The position numbers and the translations under genes were made by a program. 63,112 nucleotides of DNA from a virus (lineage: Duplodnaviria; Caudoviricetes): the IMG/VR virus record IMGVR_UViG_3300044988_000895, positions 1 to 63,112 of that record. One strand, written 5' to 3'. Numbering within the stretch: position 1 is the first letter of the stretch; every line of letters begins with the position of its first letter. A model generated the notes under the pieces. The model did not search any database. It saw nothing but the letters and a program-made list of their open reading frames with translations, and was not told the DNA's origin. Below are positions 1 to 9,038 of the stretch, in pieces.

Positions 1-830
1 ATGGTCCAAACTGAATTATGCTACAAAAATTAGGCAATGGACCAAAGTTTATGATCGTTGGTAATGTTGGTAATGGACCAAAACTAATTATCGTTGGTAT
101 GGTTAAAGGACCAAATGAAATAAGTGTTGGGCAAGTTAATGGACCAAAATTTATAAGACTACAAACAGGGAATGGACCAAAACTAATTATCGTTGGGAAT
201 GTTGGCATAGGTCCAAAAGTAATTATCGTTGGGAATGTTGGCAGTGGACCAAAAGTAATTATCGTTGGTAGTTTCAATGGTCCAAACTGGATTATGCTAC
301 AAAAATTAGGCAATGGACCAAAGTTTATAATTGTTGGCAATGTTGGTAGTGGACCAAAGGTAATTATCGTTGGGATATTAATTGGACCAAAGGTAATTAT
401 CGTTGGGAATGTTAATGGACCAAAACTAATAATTGTTGGTATATTTAAAGGACCAAATGAAATAAGTGTTGGGCATATAATTGGACCAAAGTTTATGATG
501 CTGCATACTGGAAATGGACCAAATTCAATCATAGTTGGGAATGTTGGAAAACTACTAATTACAATTGAAGGAAATGTTGGAAGAGGTCCAAAATCTATAA
601 TCGTTGGTAACTTAAGTGGACCAAAATTAATCGTACTACAAAAATTAGGTAAAGGACCGAAAGTAATTATCGTTGGAATTGGAGGATCTACAACAATAAT
701 TGATGGAATATTAATTGGACCTAATGGTCCAATGTCTAAACAAGGAAATACAATTGGTGGTGGCTGAACATTAATTGTAGGCAAATTAATTGTAGGTATT
801 ATAAGTTGTGGTATATCTGGAATATTTGGA
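1..830 (-). repeat. Tandem 33-36 nt coding repeats (PTIIxFGPL-type, 11-12 aa) with a 276-nt higher-order repeat
   Basis: Recurrent ggaccaaa...aattatcgttgg units; block at 1 recurs at 277. Confidence 0.9.
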
Positions 831-1600
831 ATTAAAAACTCTAAAGGTTGATTTGGAGTTTGTATATTAGGCTGCTTGGCTATCTCTCTTTCTGAAGGAC
901 TTTGCACAACAGTACATTGGTCTGTATTCACTTGAATCACAGGATCTATTGTGGTATTTGCTGCATAAACATGTGTGCCAGATAAATTAGTACTTGTAAA
1001 TTTACCATCACCGAAGTCGAGTCTGAAACTTTTATATGAACCAGTAATTTCAACATTATATGTTGCTATTGTTCCAGTTACTGGACTAATTGATGTGATT
1101 GCAAAAAAGAAAGTTACATCTGGACATGTGAAGTCGTCAAAAATCACTTCGAGTTCAGATAAATTTCTAATTCTCCAATCCAATGTTGTTTGATCTGTTG
1201 TAAAATTAAAACCAATAAAATTTTGAGTCTTTATAATTGCATCAGCAAGTTGATTGTGGTGTTCTGATACTACAAATCCTCTTATTTCCGATCCAGCATA
1301 ATTATATTTAGTTTTTGTTCCACCTAAATTTCTCGTGCAATTAGTTAATTTATAAACTTTACCATTATTGTTTTTTAATACACCGCCATAATAAAAAAGC
1401 TCTCCACTTATATTTGCATATCCATTGTTCGCCCAAATTTCATTTTCATCTGCATTAACAGGATAAATCTCGATGTTTGCTTCCCAAGGATGATTATCTG
1501 AGGTTGTTACGGTTTCACTGGTGTTATAAACCAAATACAAAGTACGATCAGTATCGTAATTTTTTGGATATACAGGAATTGGGGGGAAATTATTAGACAT
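2..1600 (-). CDS. Virion-associated PKD-like protein with long Pro/Thr/Ile repeat (C-terminus runs off window)
   Basis: Not in ORF track; hand translation from ATG at 1600: MSNNFPPIPVYPKNYDTDRTLYLVYN...VVSEHHNQLADAII...LDFGDG...then (PTIITFGPL)n; open to window edge; CTAAATA 8 nt upstream. Confidence 0.85.
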   Translation of the reverse strand, partial: MSNNFPPIPVYPKNYDTDRTLYLVYNTSETVTTSDNHPWEANIEIYPVNADENEIWANNGYANISGELFYYGGVLKNNNGKVYKLTNCTRNLGGTKTKYNYAGSEIRGFVVSEHHNQLADAIIKTQNFIGFNFTTDQTTLDWRIRNLSELEVIFDDFTCPDVTFFFAITSISPVTGTIATYNVEITGSYKSFRLDFGDGKFTSTNLSGTHVYAANTTIDPVIQVNTDQCTVVQSPSEREIAKQPNIQTPNQPLEFLIPNIPDIPQLIIPTINLPTINVQPPPIVFPCLDIGPLGPINIPSIIVVDPPIPTIITFGPLPNFCSTINFGPLKLPTIIDFGPLPTFPSIVISSFPTFPTMIEFGPFPVCSIINFGPIICPTLISFGPLNIPTIISFGPLTFPTIITFGPINIPTIITFGPLPTLPTIINFGPLPNFCSIIQFGPLKLPTIITFGPLPTFPTIITFGPMPTFPTIISFGPFPVCSLINFGPLTCPTLISFGPLTIPTIISFGPLPTLPTIINFGPLPNFCSIIQFGP

Positions 1601-1608
1601 CTTCTCTT

Positions 1609-1615
1609 TATTTAG
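1609..1615 (-). promoter_or_regulatory. T4-like late promoter CTAAATA
   Basis: Resembles T4 TATAAATA / T4-like CTAAATA; intergenic, 8 nt before ATG. Confidence 0.6.
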
Positions 1616-1624
1616 CGTTTATAG

Positions 1625-3889
1625 TTAGAAAATAGACATGTTAAATTGTGTTCCTATTGGTCTATAAGAAACATTGCTAAAAGTTAGCGTTGTTTCATTG
1701 AATTTGATAAATGCTTTTGCACTATAATCAAAACTCAAATAGGCAATTTTATTAGAATCAGAAGTAGCAACGAGCGTTTGATCCTGTCCATCGAATCCGA
1801 CAATTGTATTATCTTGAAGATATCTAAATGATGCAGAATTAACACCAGTTCCACCTGTTTCCCAAACATTTGTATTTTGGTTATATGCAGATATAGCTCC
1901 GGTGTTATTGAAAAAGTAAACTCCTTGACTCAATGGAACTAATTGTCCTTCAAGTTTTGCCGTTCCAGACATATCAGTTAATTTTTTGATATCTTGAAAA
2001 TATTCTGATGTTGATCCAGAGGTCTTATAAAAACTTTTAATTCTGAAAAATGTTCCAACACCTTGATTTCTCAAAAAGAATCCAGATGTATCTTTCCAGC
2101 ATGATCTGTAAACGCTCATATGACCTTGATTTGGATTGCCACTAATGTCAAATGAAACTTCGTTATTTTTCAATTCCTGAGCGCCACTTTTATAATTCGA
2201 AGTAGTTAAATTTTCAGTAATAGTGGAAAGATCATTTAAATTTAATTTATCTTTAACTTGATTTGTAAGACTAGTTCCAGAAATTTGCGGTGTTGTAATA
2301 TTTCCTAAGATAAAATAAATGCTATTTGCACTGTGCAATTCAACCCAATTCCATGGTCTGGAAATTGGGCTTTGAACTAAATAAGTTTGTGTAAAGCCAT
2401 TGAACTCATGAAAATTAATTGATTCGAGAATTGGAGAATCTACAGCATTTCTGCCACTTGCATAATAAAGAAGTCCTACGCCACCATTCCCAGAAGGTGT
2501 TGTTCCTCTTGGTGAAAATCCAACATTTCTTTCAAATTCTTTTTTTTGTTGAGCTTCATTTGTTGCACCATCAAGAAATGTTTTATTTCTTGATATTGAT
2601 ACTGCAGTACTAAATCCAGTTTTAAATGTTTCACTTATCAATCCAAATTCAGAACTTTTAATTTGATTTGCTGAATAATAATTCCATAGCCATAAATTAT
2701 ATTTTTCAACAACATCAATAGCATTATCATAGGTTGTAATTCTATATGCACCATAAGCAGTATCGCATCTTAAATGTAAGTTGTAAATTCCACCAACACT
2801 ATAAGACCCACGGACATTAGATGAATTGTTATGAACAAGATCATCAGCCAAATACCAAGTATATGTTGTTACTGGATCAATTGGGTCTAAACCAGAAACT
2901 TCTTCTCCAGAATAAGTTTTTCCAGTATTTGGATTGATGCCAATAGGAATATCTGCATCAACAAATACATTTACTGGAGTTCTTAATACTGGAGTTGTTG
3001 TGTATGGACCACCACTTGGAATTCCATTTACAATTTGTGATTGACCAGTTCGAACATTGAAATTTATAACTGCTTTTTCTGGTGCTGAAACTCTCGCATT
3101 AACAAATTGTGGGAATACAACTGTATCTGTTCCAAAATCATTCGTTACTGTCAATGAAACATCATAAATTCCCGGTCTAGTATAAACTTTGGTAATTGTT
3201 CCACCATCTAAGTCTTCAACTAAAACATTATCTTGAGAAATAGGACCCTCAGTCGAACTTATTGAACTGATAATAGATGAAGTGTTGTCTCCAAAATCCC
3301 AAATATAACTAATTGATCCTGATGTTCCATCTGTGCCTAATCTAAAACTTAAATCTTTGAATTGTACTGTAAAAGGAATTAAACCTATCGATTTATTCGA
3401 TGTAAACCAAGCCTTTGGAATCAATGCTATACTTCTAAGATAATTGATTCTTTCTTCCATGGTTCCAGTTAATGGAAAATCTGCAATTTCATCTTTTTTA
3501 CCAGCCGTTTCTTGAATTGCAATTAATGCATTTTTAATTGCATTGTGATGTTGAGCCATTACATTTTGAGTGATATTTGTTATATCTTTTGGTTTTGCAG
3601 TATCAATAAATCCGGGCAACAACTCAAGCTCATCAAAAGAAATTTGAGTTCTGCTTCCATAGTAAAAAGACAATGATCTAAATTCTGCGTCACTACATTG
3701 CTCCGTCAATGTGATAATTCCAGTATCTGGAAATCTTCCTATGATTGTAGTGTCACCATAAACTGTAATGGAGTTGTCGCCGGGATTATAGTCTTGTGAA
3801 AGTTTTACACGCAAACTATCATGAACTAAAAATAGATTATCATCTGTGTCTATGCTTGTTGGAAAATTAGATACTGAAGGTATTGTCAT
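1625..3889 (-). CDS. PKD-domain virion structural protein (754 aa)
   Basis: YIWDFGD and YTRPGIYDVSLTVTN PKD motifs; N-terminal VMAQHHNAIKNAL shared with neighbours. Confidence 0.8.
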   Translation of the reverse strand: MTIPSVSNFPTSIDTDDNLFLVHDSLRVKLSQDYNPGDNSITVYGDTTIIGRFPDTGIITLTEQCSDAEFRSLSFYYGSRTQISFDELELLPGFIDTAKPKDITNITQNVMAQHHNAIKNALIAIQETAGKKDEIADFPLTGTMEERINYLRSIALIPKAWFTSNKSIGLIPFTVQFKDLSFRLGTDGTSGSISYIWDFGDNTSSIISSISSTEGPISQDNVLVEDLDGGTITKVYTRPGIYDVSLTVTNDFGTDTVVFPQFVNARVSAPEKAVINFNVRTGQSQIVNGIPSGGPYTTTPVLRTPVNVFVDADIPIGINPNTGKTYSGEEVSGLDPIDPVTTYTWYLADDLVHNNSSNVRGSYSVGGIYNLHLRCDTAYGAYRITTYDNAIDVVEKYNLWLWNYYSANQIKSSEFGLISETFKTGFSTAVSISRNKTFLDGATNEAQQKKEFERNVGFSPRGTTPSGNGGVGLLYYASGRNAVDSPILESINFHEFNGFTQTYLVQSPISRPWNWVELHSANSIYFILGNITTPQISGTSLTNQVKDKLNLNDLSTITENLTTSNYKSGAQELKNNEVSFDISGNPNQGHMSVYRSCWKDTSGFFLRNQGVGTFFRIKSFYKTSGSTSEYFQDIKKLTDMSGTAKLEGQLVPLSQGVYFFNNTGAISAYNQNTNVWETGGTGVNSASFRYLQDNTIVGFDGQDQTLVATSDSNKIAYLSFDYSAKAFIKFNETTLTFSNVSYRPIGTQFNMSIF

Positions 3890-4938
3890 TAGCTCACCAC
3901 GATGTTTTCAGAAAGGAATGCTTTTTTGCTATTTGAGTTTTCCAACACCAACATTAAACCGGGAATATATGAATTTGGTTTATCGTACACAAATTGAACC
4001 TCATGAATGTTGGAATTATTTTCTTGATAGCTTTGATTTGTAACTGGTATTCCATTAATGGTGCCATTTCCACCAAATATCCAGTATCTTTGACTTATAT
4101 CGCCATCTGTTTGATCAACAAATTTAAAGATAGTTGGAGTTAGTGAAAGCTTTAATGCTGTTTCTTTAGATATACCAACTGTTGGTGTTACATAAAAAAA
4201 TGTTGTAATTTCTTGCTTACTAACTGTTATGTAATTACTTTTTGTTGCAATTCCTTGTCCTCCAAGGACAGAAACCACATTCAATTGAACACTATAAATT
4301 CCTTCATTTTGATATGTATGTATTGGGTTTTTTTCTACGGATGTTGTTCCATCACCAAAATCCCACAAATAACGAATGATTGGACCAGTACTAAAATTTT
4401 GAAATCTAATAGTTAATGGCGGAACTCCAATGATCTTATGCGCCCTAAATATAGGCTTTGGAGCTAAGAATATATTTTCTTGTCTTTTTAATATTCCATT
4501 AAGAGATTCTGATGTCGGATCACTACTAGTACCCAAATCAACTTCCATATTATAAATTGCATCTCTTAAAGCATTATGATGTTCTGCCATCACAGAATGT
4601 AAAACATGACTTCCAGTTGACCAAGTAGATTGTCTTGATCCTGCAAACCCACGAACTAGATCGCTAAAAACATTGTTTGTTTTTGCTGCATAATATATCA
4701 ATTCATAATTTCCAGCTTTGCCGGAAGGAGGACCTATGCGAAGTAGACCTTTACTTGGAAACATAGAATTGTCATTTACAATTATATATTTACCATTAAA
4801 AGAAAGTGATTGACGCAGAGTTGTTTCTGCATTATTTCTTGCTTCATATAAAGATTGGCTATTGTCAATACCACTGGGGAATGTAGATAAACCACCAATG
4901 GTATAACCAGCATCTAAACTTGAAATTCTAATTGCCAT
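3889..4938 (-). CDS. PKD-domain virion structural protein (349 aa)
   Basis: [40 protein letters not shown] classic PKD; [13 protein letters not shown]. Confidence 0.85.
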   Translation of the reverse strand: MAIRISSLDAGYTIGGLSTFPSGIDNSQSLYEARNNAETTLRQSLSFNGKYIIVNDNSMFPSKGLLRIGPPSGKAGNYELIYYAAKTNNVFSDLVRGFAGSRQSTWSTGSHVLHSVMAEHHNALRDAIYNMEVDLGTSSDPTSESLNGILKRQENIFLAPKPIFRAHKIIGVPPLTIRFQNFSTGPIIRYLWDFGDGTTSVEKNPIHTYQNEGIYSVQLNVVSVLGGQGIATKSNYITVSKQEITTFFYVTPTVGISKETALKLSLTPTIFKFVDQTDGDISQRYWIFGGNGTINGIPVTNQSYQENNSNIHEVQFVYDKPNSYIPGLMLVLENSNSKKAFLSENIVVS

Positions 4939-5623
4939 TTAATTCCTGCTTTTGGCTTATCGCCTGTTCTGCTTGATTTTTCATTTGAATCATTTTCTTG
5001 TGCATACTATCAAGATTTTTCACTGTTTGACCCTTAATTGGAATGTCATCTGGAAGAGCCAAAACAGTTTCAATTAGCTCTGTATCTACCTGCGACTGCA
5101 ACAACATTTTTAAATTTATTTTTTGCAATAGCTTTTCTCCCCAATATTGTTTTTGAGATTCCAAATCGTCATAATCCTTTAAAGGCTCAACCACTTCCAA
5201 ATTTCTAAATGAAAGCACAAAGAAATTAGCCTCTTCCTCTAGGTTCTTTTTCTTTTTAACAAGAGTTTCAATATTCTTATCAGCCATAACTCTCTGTCTT
5301 TTTGCTTTTCTTAGCTTGATTTCAGATATTTTTAAAGAATCAGAAGGCTTTCCCATTGATACTTTTTTATCATATATGGCTATCATCTTATTTATGTTAA
5401 TATCAATCAATTCTAGGTTGTCCTTGCTTTCATCTATCTCTAAATCTAATGCTTGTAGAGATTCATATCGACTTTTTATTTCTCTTAAACATTGCCACAT
5501 TTTAGATTGTGTGGTAGGTTCTTTATTTACAATGAAATATTTCATTTGGAAATAACTATGCCTCTCAGCCATTTCGTAATTTAAAATCTCATTCATTTGC
5601 TTCAAAATGTTCGTGTTTTCCAT
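4928..5623 (-). CDS. Coiled-coil hypothetical protein
   Basis: 231-aa ORF coupled to operon, heptad-like K/E/L-rich. Confidence 0.7.
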   Translation of the reverse strand: MENTNILKQMNEILNYEMAERHSYFQMKYFIVNKEPTTQSKMWQCLREIKSRYESLQALDLEIDESKDNLELIDININKMIAIYDKKVSMGKPSDSLKISEIKLRKAKRQRVMADKNIETLVKKKKNLEEEANFFVLSFRNLEVVEPLKDYDDLESQKQYWGEKLLQKINLKMLLQSQVDTELIETVLALPDDIPIKGQTVKNLDSMHKKMIQMKNQAEQAISQKQELNGN

Positions 5624-5715
5624 GATTTTCTCCTTAATATATTAGAGTTTCAAATCTCCATTGATTTCTTTTTAAAATAAATTAAAATGGATTTTTTCTT
5701 AAATAGGAGCGAAAC

Positions 5716-6219
5716 ATGCTGGCGGGATCTTCAGTTTATTTGAGTGGACCAATCGAATTTAATGATCTTAATTGGAGAACGGAACCAATTAATATACTTG
5801 AAAATAATTTTGGATTAAAGATTTTTGACCCATTTACAGACCCAAAACAACAGTGGTTGCCAGAAATCTCTTTAGCCAAAGAAACAAAAAATTTTCAAAG
5901 AATGAAAGAAATTGCAGAAGAATTTGTCAGAAAAGATTTAGGAATGGTCTATAAATCTGATATTCTCATAGCTTGTTTGCCATATAAAATTCCAACCACA
6001 GGAACACATCACGAAATTACAGAAAGCTGGAGAGCCATGAAGCCAACTTTACTTGTATGCCCAACAGGAATTGAAAACTTGCCAGTATGGTATTTTGGCT
6101 TATTTCCATTAAATCATATGTTTGGATCATGGAATGATCTATATGTATATCTAGATCGTGTCGATAAAGGTATAGAATACGATGATACTTGGTATCTTTT
6201 AAAGCAAAGATGCTCTTAA
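5716..6219 (+). CDS. Nucleoside 2-deoxyribosyltransferase-like protein
   Basis: VYLSGPI, FDPF, DL...SDILIA, GTHHEI motifs of the NDT/Rcl family; AGGAG SD. Confidence 0.7.
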   Translation: MLAGSSVYLSGPIEFNDLNWRTEPINILENNFGLKIFDPFTDPKQQWLPEISLAKETKNFQRMKEIAEEFVRKDLGMVYKSDILIACLPYKIPTTGTHHEITESWRAMKPTLLVCPTGIENLPVWYFGLFPLNHMFGSWNDLYVYLDRVDKGIEYDDTWYLLKQRCS

Positions 6220-6746
6220 ACTAAGCCAGCACCAACCACTGCTTTAAATTTATATCCATGCCTTAAAGCTTTTTCAGCCCAAAGAGATTTGCATTCTTGG
6301 AGCGTACTCATTTGAGGGATATCACCAAGATTTTGATGTGCATTTCTATGTATTAATATTCCATTAACTGTTCCATCAATGAAATTTAGCTTTCTATCAA
6401 CAATTGGAAATAGAATGTCTTTTTCGCTTTCAATAAAACAAGAATATTTTCTGAAAATTCTATTTCTTATAGATGTACCAGATATAATTATCAGATTCCA
6501 TTCTGATGGAGAATTTTTTATTCCCTCATTGATTAATGAAGAATAACTATTTCCAGCTTTATATGTTGGGCAAAATTGTGAAATTTCTTTTTCATTTTCT
6601 GAAGATATATTGCTAGTAACAACGCAAATAAATGGGCTTTTATTGAATTTGCTCTTAATTGAAGATACTGTTATCTCAACTAGTTTTGGGTTGTTTTCTG
6701 GAACAATAATAATGAATCCATAATTCAAATCTTTTGGCTCATTCAT
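6216..6746 (-). CDS. Degenerate GT-A/GT2-like protein
   Basis: FIIIVP...YSSLINEGIKNSPSEWNLII pattern of GT2 N-terminal fold; DxD absent. Confidence 0.5.
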   Translation of the reverse strand: MNEPKDLNYGFIIIVPENNPKLVEITVSSIKSKFNKSPFICVVTSNISSENEKEISQFCPTYKAGNSYSSLINEGIKNSPSEWNLIIISGTSIRNRIFRKYSCFIESEKDILFPIVDRKLNFIDGTVNGILIHRNAHQNLGDIPQMSTLQECKSLWAEKALRHGYKFKAVVGAGLV

Positions 6747-6755
6747 TTGAAATTC

Positions 6756-7607
6756 TCATGAAAGTGAAATGTCAAAATCTATTCTTATTATATCATTACT
6801 TGTTAGTGCAATATCAAGAGCAAAAGATCCATTAGCATAATCTGGAGTAAATTTATTTTGAACCCAAGGATCGGTTGGATCACTAGTAGGAACATAAACT
6901 GAAGCACTATCATTTATACTAATTCCATTGATGTACACTCTTAAGCTTCCTTCAATGTACGGAGTGCTTATTGCAGTTACTGTATAATCAATATAATTTG
7001 ATGTTATTGGCTCAACATTATAATAATGATTGTGAAAATAAGTTGTTCCAATGCCTAATATTGGCTTCAATACATATGGCATGGTAGGTCCAGAAGGACC
7101 AGTTATTTCCCAATAAATATTGTCAGATGCTTCAAAAGATATAGTTCCTTCTGGAATTGTTATGGTACTGCTAGGAGTTACTACTTGAAAATCAATATCT
7201 GTCGCCTCTTCAGCGATTAAATTCAACTTAGATCTTTCTACATCTAACATTCTGACATAAGAAACTGGATTTACAACACTCGAAAATCCAAGCGTTGTGT
7301 TGATATAACTCAATGTTCCAAAATCTTCTGATTTTGATCCATCTGTATGTTCTGCTATATTGTGAAGAGACTCATCAACCGCAGATGGTCTTAAATCTCC
7401 ATTTTCATCAATTGATTGATCTATTCTATTTGCTATATTTCCTTGAGTTCCAGCACCACTACGAATAATATTCGAAACATTTTCCAATTCATTGTTTATA
7501 AGAACATCTCTTTCTGCCAATTGTTTAATTGGAATGTTATCATATGTATAATGATATGGGTTCTGAGCAGAGTATTCTGGTGTTGGGAGTCTTGATAGAT
7601 CAACCAT
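6756..7607 (-). CDS. Putative virion structural protein
   Basis: 283-aa acidic, beta-rich C-terminus (SLRVYINGI), in structural operon; AAGGA SD. Confidence 0.65.
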   Translation of the reverse strand: MVDLSRLPTPEYSAQNPYHYTYDNIPIKQLAERDVLINNELENVSNIIRSGAGTQGNIANRIDQSIDENGDLRPSAVDESLHNIAEHTDGSKSEDFGTLSYINTTLGFSSVVNPVSYVRMLDVERSKLNLIAEEATDIDFQVVTPSSTITIPEGTISFEASDNIYWEITGPSGPTMPYVLKPILGIGTTYFHNHYYNVEPITSNYIDYTVTAISTPYIEGSLRVYINGISINDSASVYVPTSDPTDPWVQNKFTPDYANGSFALDIALTSNDIIRIDFDISLS

Positions 7608-7755
7608 GTTTATCCTTTGTTCTTATATATGACTTTTTTTATTGTTTTTCTTACCGACAATTTTCCATTGTTTTGGGAAAGAATTTACAATGTAATATTT
7701 ACTGTTGTTTTTTTATATTTTTCTTCTTCTTGCTTTTTTTTATCCAACCAATAAT

Positions 7756-8274
7756 TCATTTTAAACCACCAAGATCATATAAATTTAAATCTAAAAATTT
7801 CTTCCACAATTTAATATCTGTTTTATTTTTTGATTTTTGCAAATCAGACCAAGCGAGAATTTTTTGCCACTCATCTCCATAGTTTCCCAATATCTCTTCG
7901 TCTTTATGAACATCTTTTAAAAATTCATAAGCAACTTCATAATTTCCAAGATAAGTTATTTGAACATTACGCTTTGATTCATCCGCTATATGATTCACAA
8001 TTCCAGAATATCCAAGTGGTATAATAAAAAAATTACCACAATCAACTTCTCCATTGGGTAACGATATCAAACTTGCTGCAAATTTATAAGAATTTGAAAA
8101 TGTCGTGCATAAATCTGCAGGACTATCCTTTTCAACAAGAATTCCTTTAATCATCAATCTATCATTTTCAAGTATTTTTGTTCTGGCAAATAAACCTTTT
8201 CCAGCACCAGAAATAGTTGACTCTTTGATGTAGAATCGATCATCCATTTCATGGAATGTTAGTGGAGAAGTCAT
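7756..8274 (-). CDS. SET-domain protein (putative protein-lysine methyltransferase)
   Basis: IKESTISGAGKGLFA (motif I), SGIVNH (motif III), KDVHKDEEILGNYG (motif IV). Confidence 0.8.
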   Translation of the reverse strand: MTSPLTFHEMDDRFYIKESTISGAGKGLFARTKILENDRLMIKGILVEKDSPADLCTTFSNSYKFAASLISLPNGEVDCGNFFIIPLGYSGIVNHIADESKRNVQITYLGNYEVAYEFLKDVHKDEEILGNYGDEWQKILAWSDLQKSKNKTDIKLWKKFLDLNLYDLGGLK

Positions 8275-8544
8275 TTAAATACTTCCTTTTTCAATAATTA
8301 AAAGAAATTCTTCGAGAGTTATGTTTCTGCCACAAAAATCAGAAAAACATTCTAAAAAATGATTTATTATAGACATGATGATTGATTCTTTCATATCTGG
8401 TTTTTGATCAATCATTTTTTTTGCACGATTGATGGACTCTTTGTCAAGACCCCAATCAAAAACTTCATTGTCTAATACTAACATCTTTACATCTTTTTTA
8501 AGATCTTGACATTTTATATCCAAAATTACAATATTTCTTGCCAT
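8275..8544 (-). CDS. Hypothetical protein
   Basis: 89-aa ORF abutting SET gene. Confidence 0.65.
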   Translation of the reverse strand: MARNIVILDIKCQDLKKDVKMLVLDNEVFDWGLDKESINRAKKMIDQKPDMKESIIMSIINHFLECFSDFCGRNITLEEFLLIIEKGSI

Positions 8545-8558
8545 ATTTTAACCAATCT

Positions 8559-9038
8559 TTATACAAATGATAAACGCCAATTGAAAGTTATTTGCATGGA
8601 GGAGGTTTTATTTAAATCTGCAAATGTTACCATGCTATATAAATCGCCATTTGACATTTGAAGTGCCATTTCATTGAGAGCGTATCCATTAGCATCATCA
8701 AATGTTAACACAGATGTGAAAACAACTTGACTTGGAATATTTGGATCAATTTGACTAATGACTGGCTTGCTCGCTCTGGTAATACCAAATAAACCAGTTC
8801 TTTGAGTATCAACATACTTAAGAGTTCCGCCACTGGTTCCTCCATCACCAAAAAGCATACGATTTATGAAATAATCATAAGTGCTTCCGATACTATTGGC
8901 TAGACTTTTGGCTAAGGCTTCTCTGCCCTTACGCAAAATAGTATTTTTTATTTCGGATACTTCTTTGCTACCATCTTTATATTCGATGATTCTTTCTACC
9001 ACGCCAACTACGGTCATTGCTTCATGTTGATTTGTCAT
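8559..9038 (-). CDS. Baseplate/tail-fibre attachment-like structural protein
   Basis: KNTILRKGREAL, MLFGDGG, NEMAL, KTSSMQITFNWRL; follows gp7/I-like gene. Confidence 0.6.
   Translation of the reverse strand: MTNQHEAMTVVGVVERIIEYKDGSKEVSEIKNTILRKGREALAKSLANSIGSTYDYFINRMLFGDGGTSGGTLKYVDTQRTGLFGITRASKPVISQIDPNIPSQVVFTSVLTFDDANGYALNEMALQMSNGDLYSMVTFADLNKTSSMQITFNWRLSFV

Noticed and set aside
18-767. 249-aa + strand ORF with GNGPK repeats
   Set aside because: Antisense shadow of the minus-strand repeat gene that has a promoter motif, paralogous N-terminus and operon context
1-830. 33-36-nt periodicity resembling a CRISPR array
   Set aside because: Degenerate coding repeats with no unique spacers, varying at third codon positions; no cas genes in window
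7620-7759. Tiny Lys-rich ORF after the SET gene that would extend to ~45 aa with one extra A in an A7 run
   Set aside because: Too short and low-complexity to distinguish slippage, homopolymer error or chance
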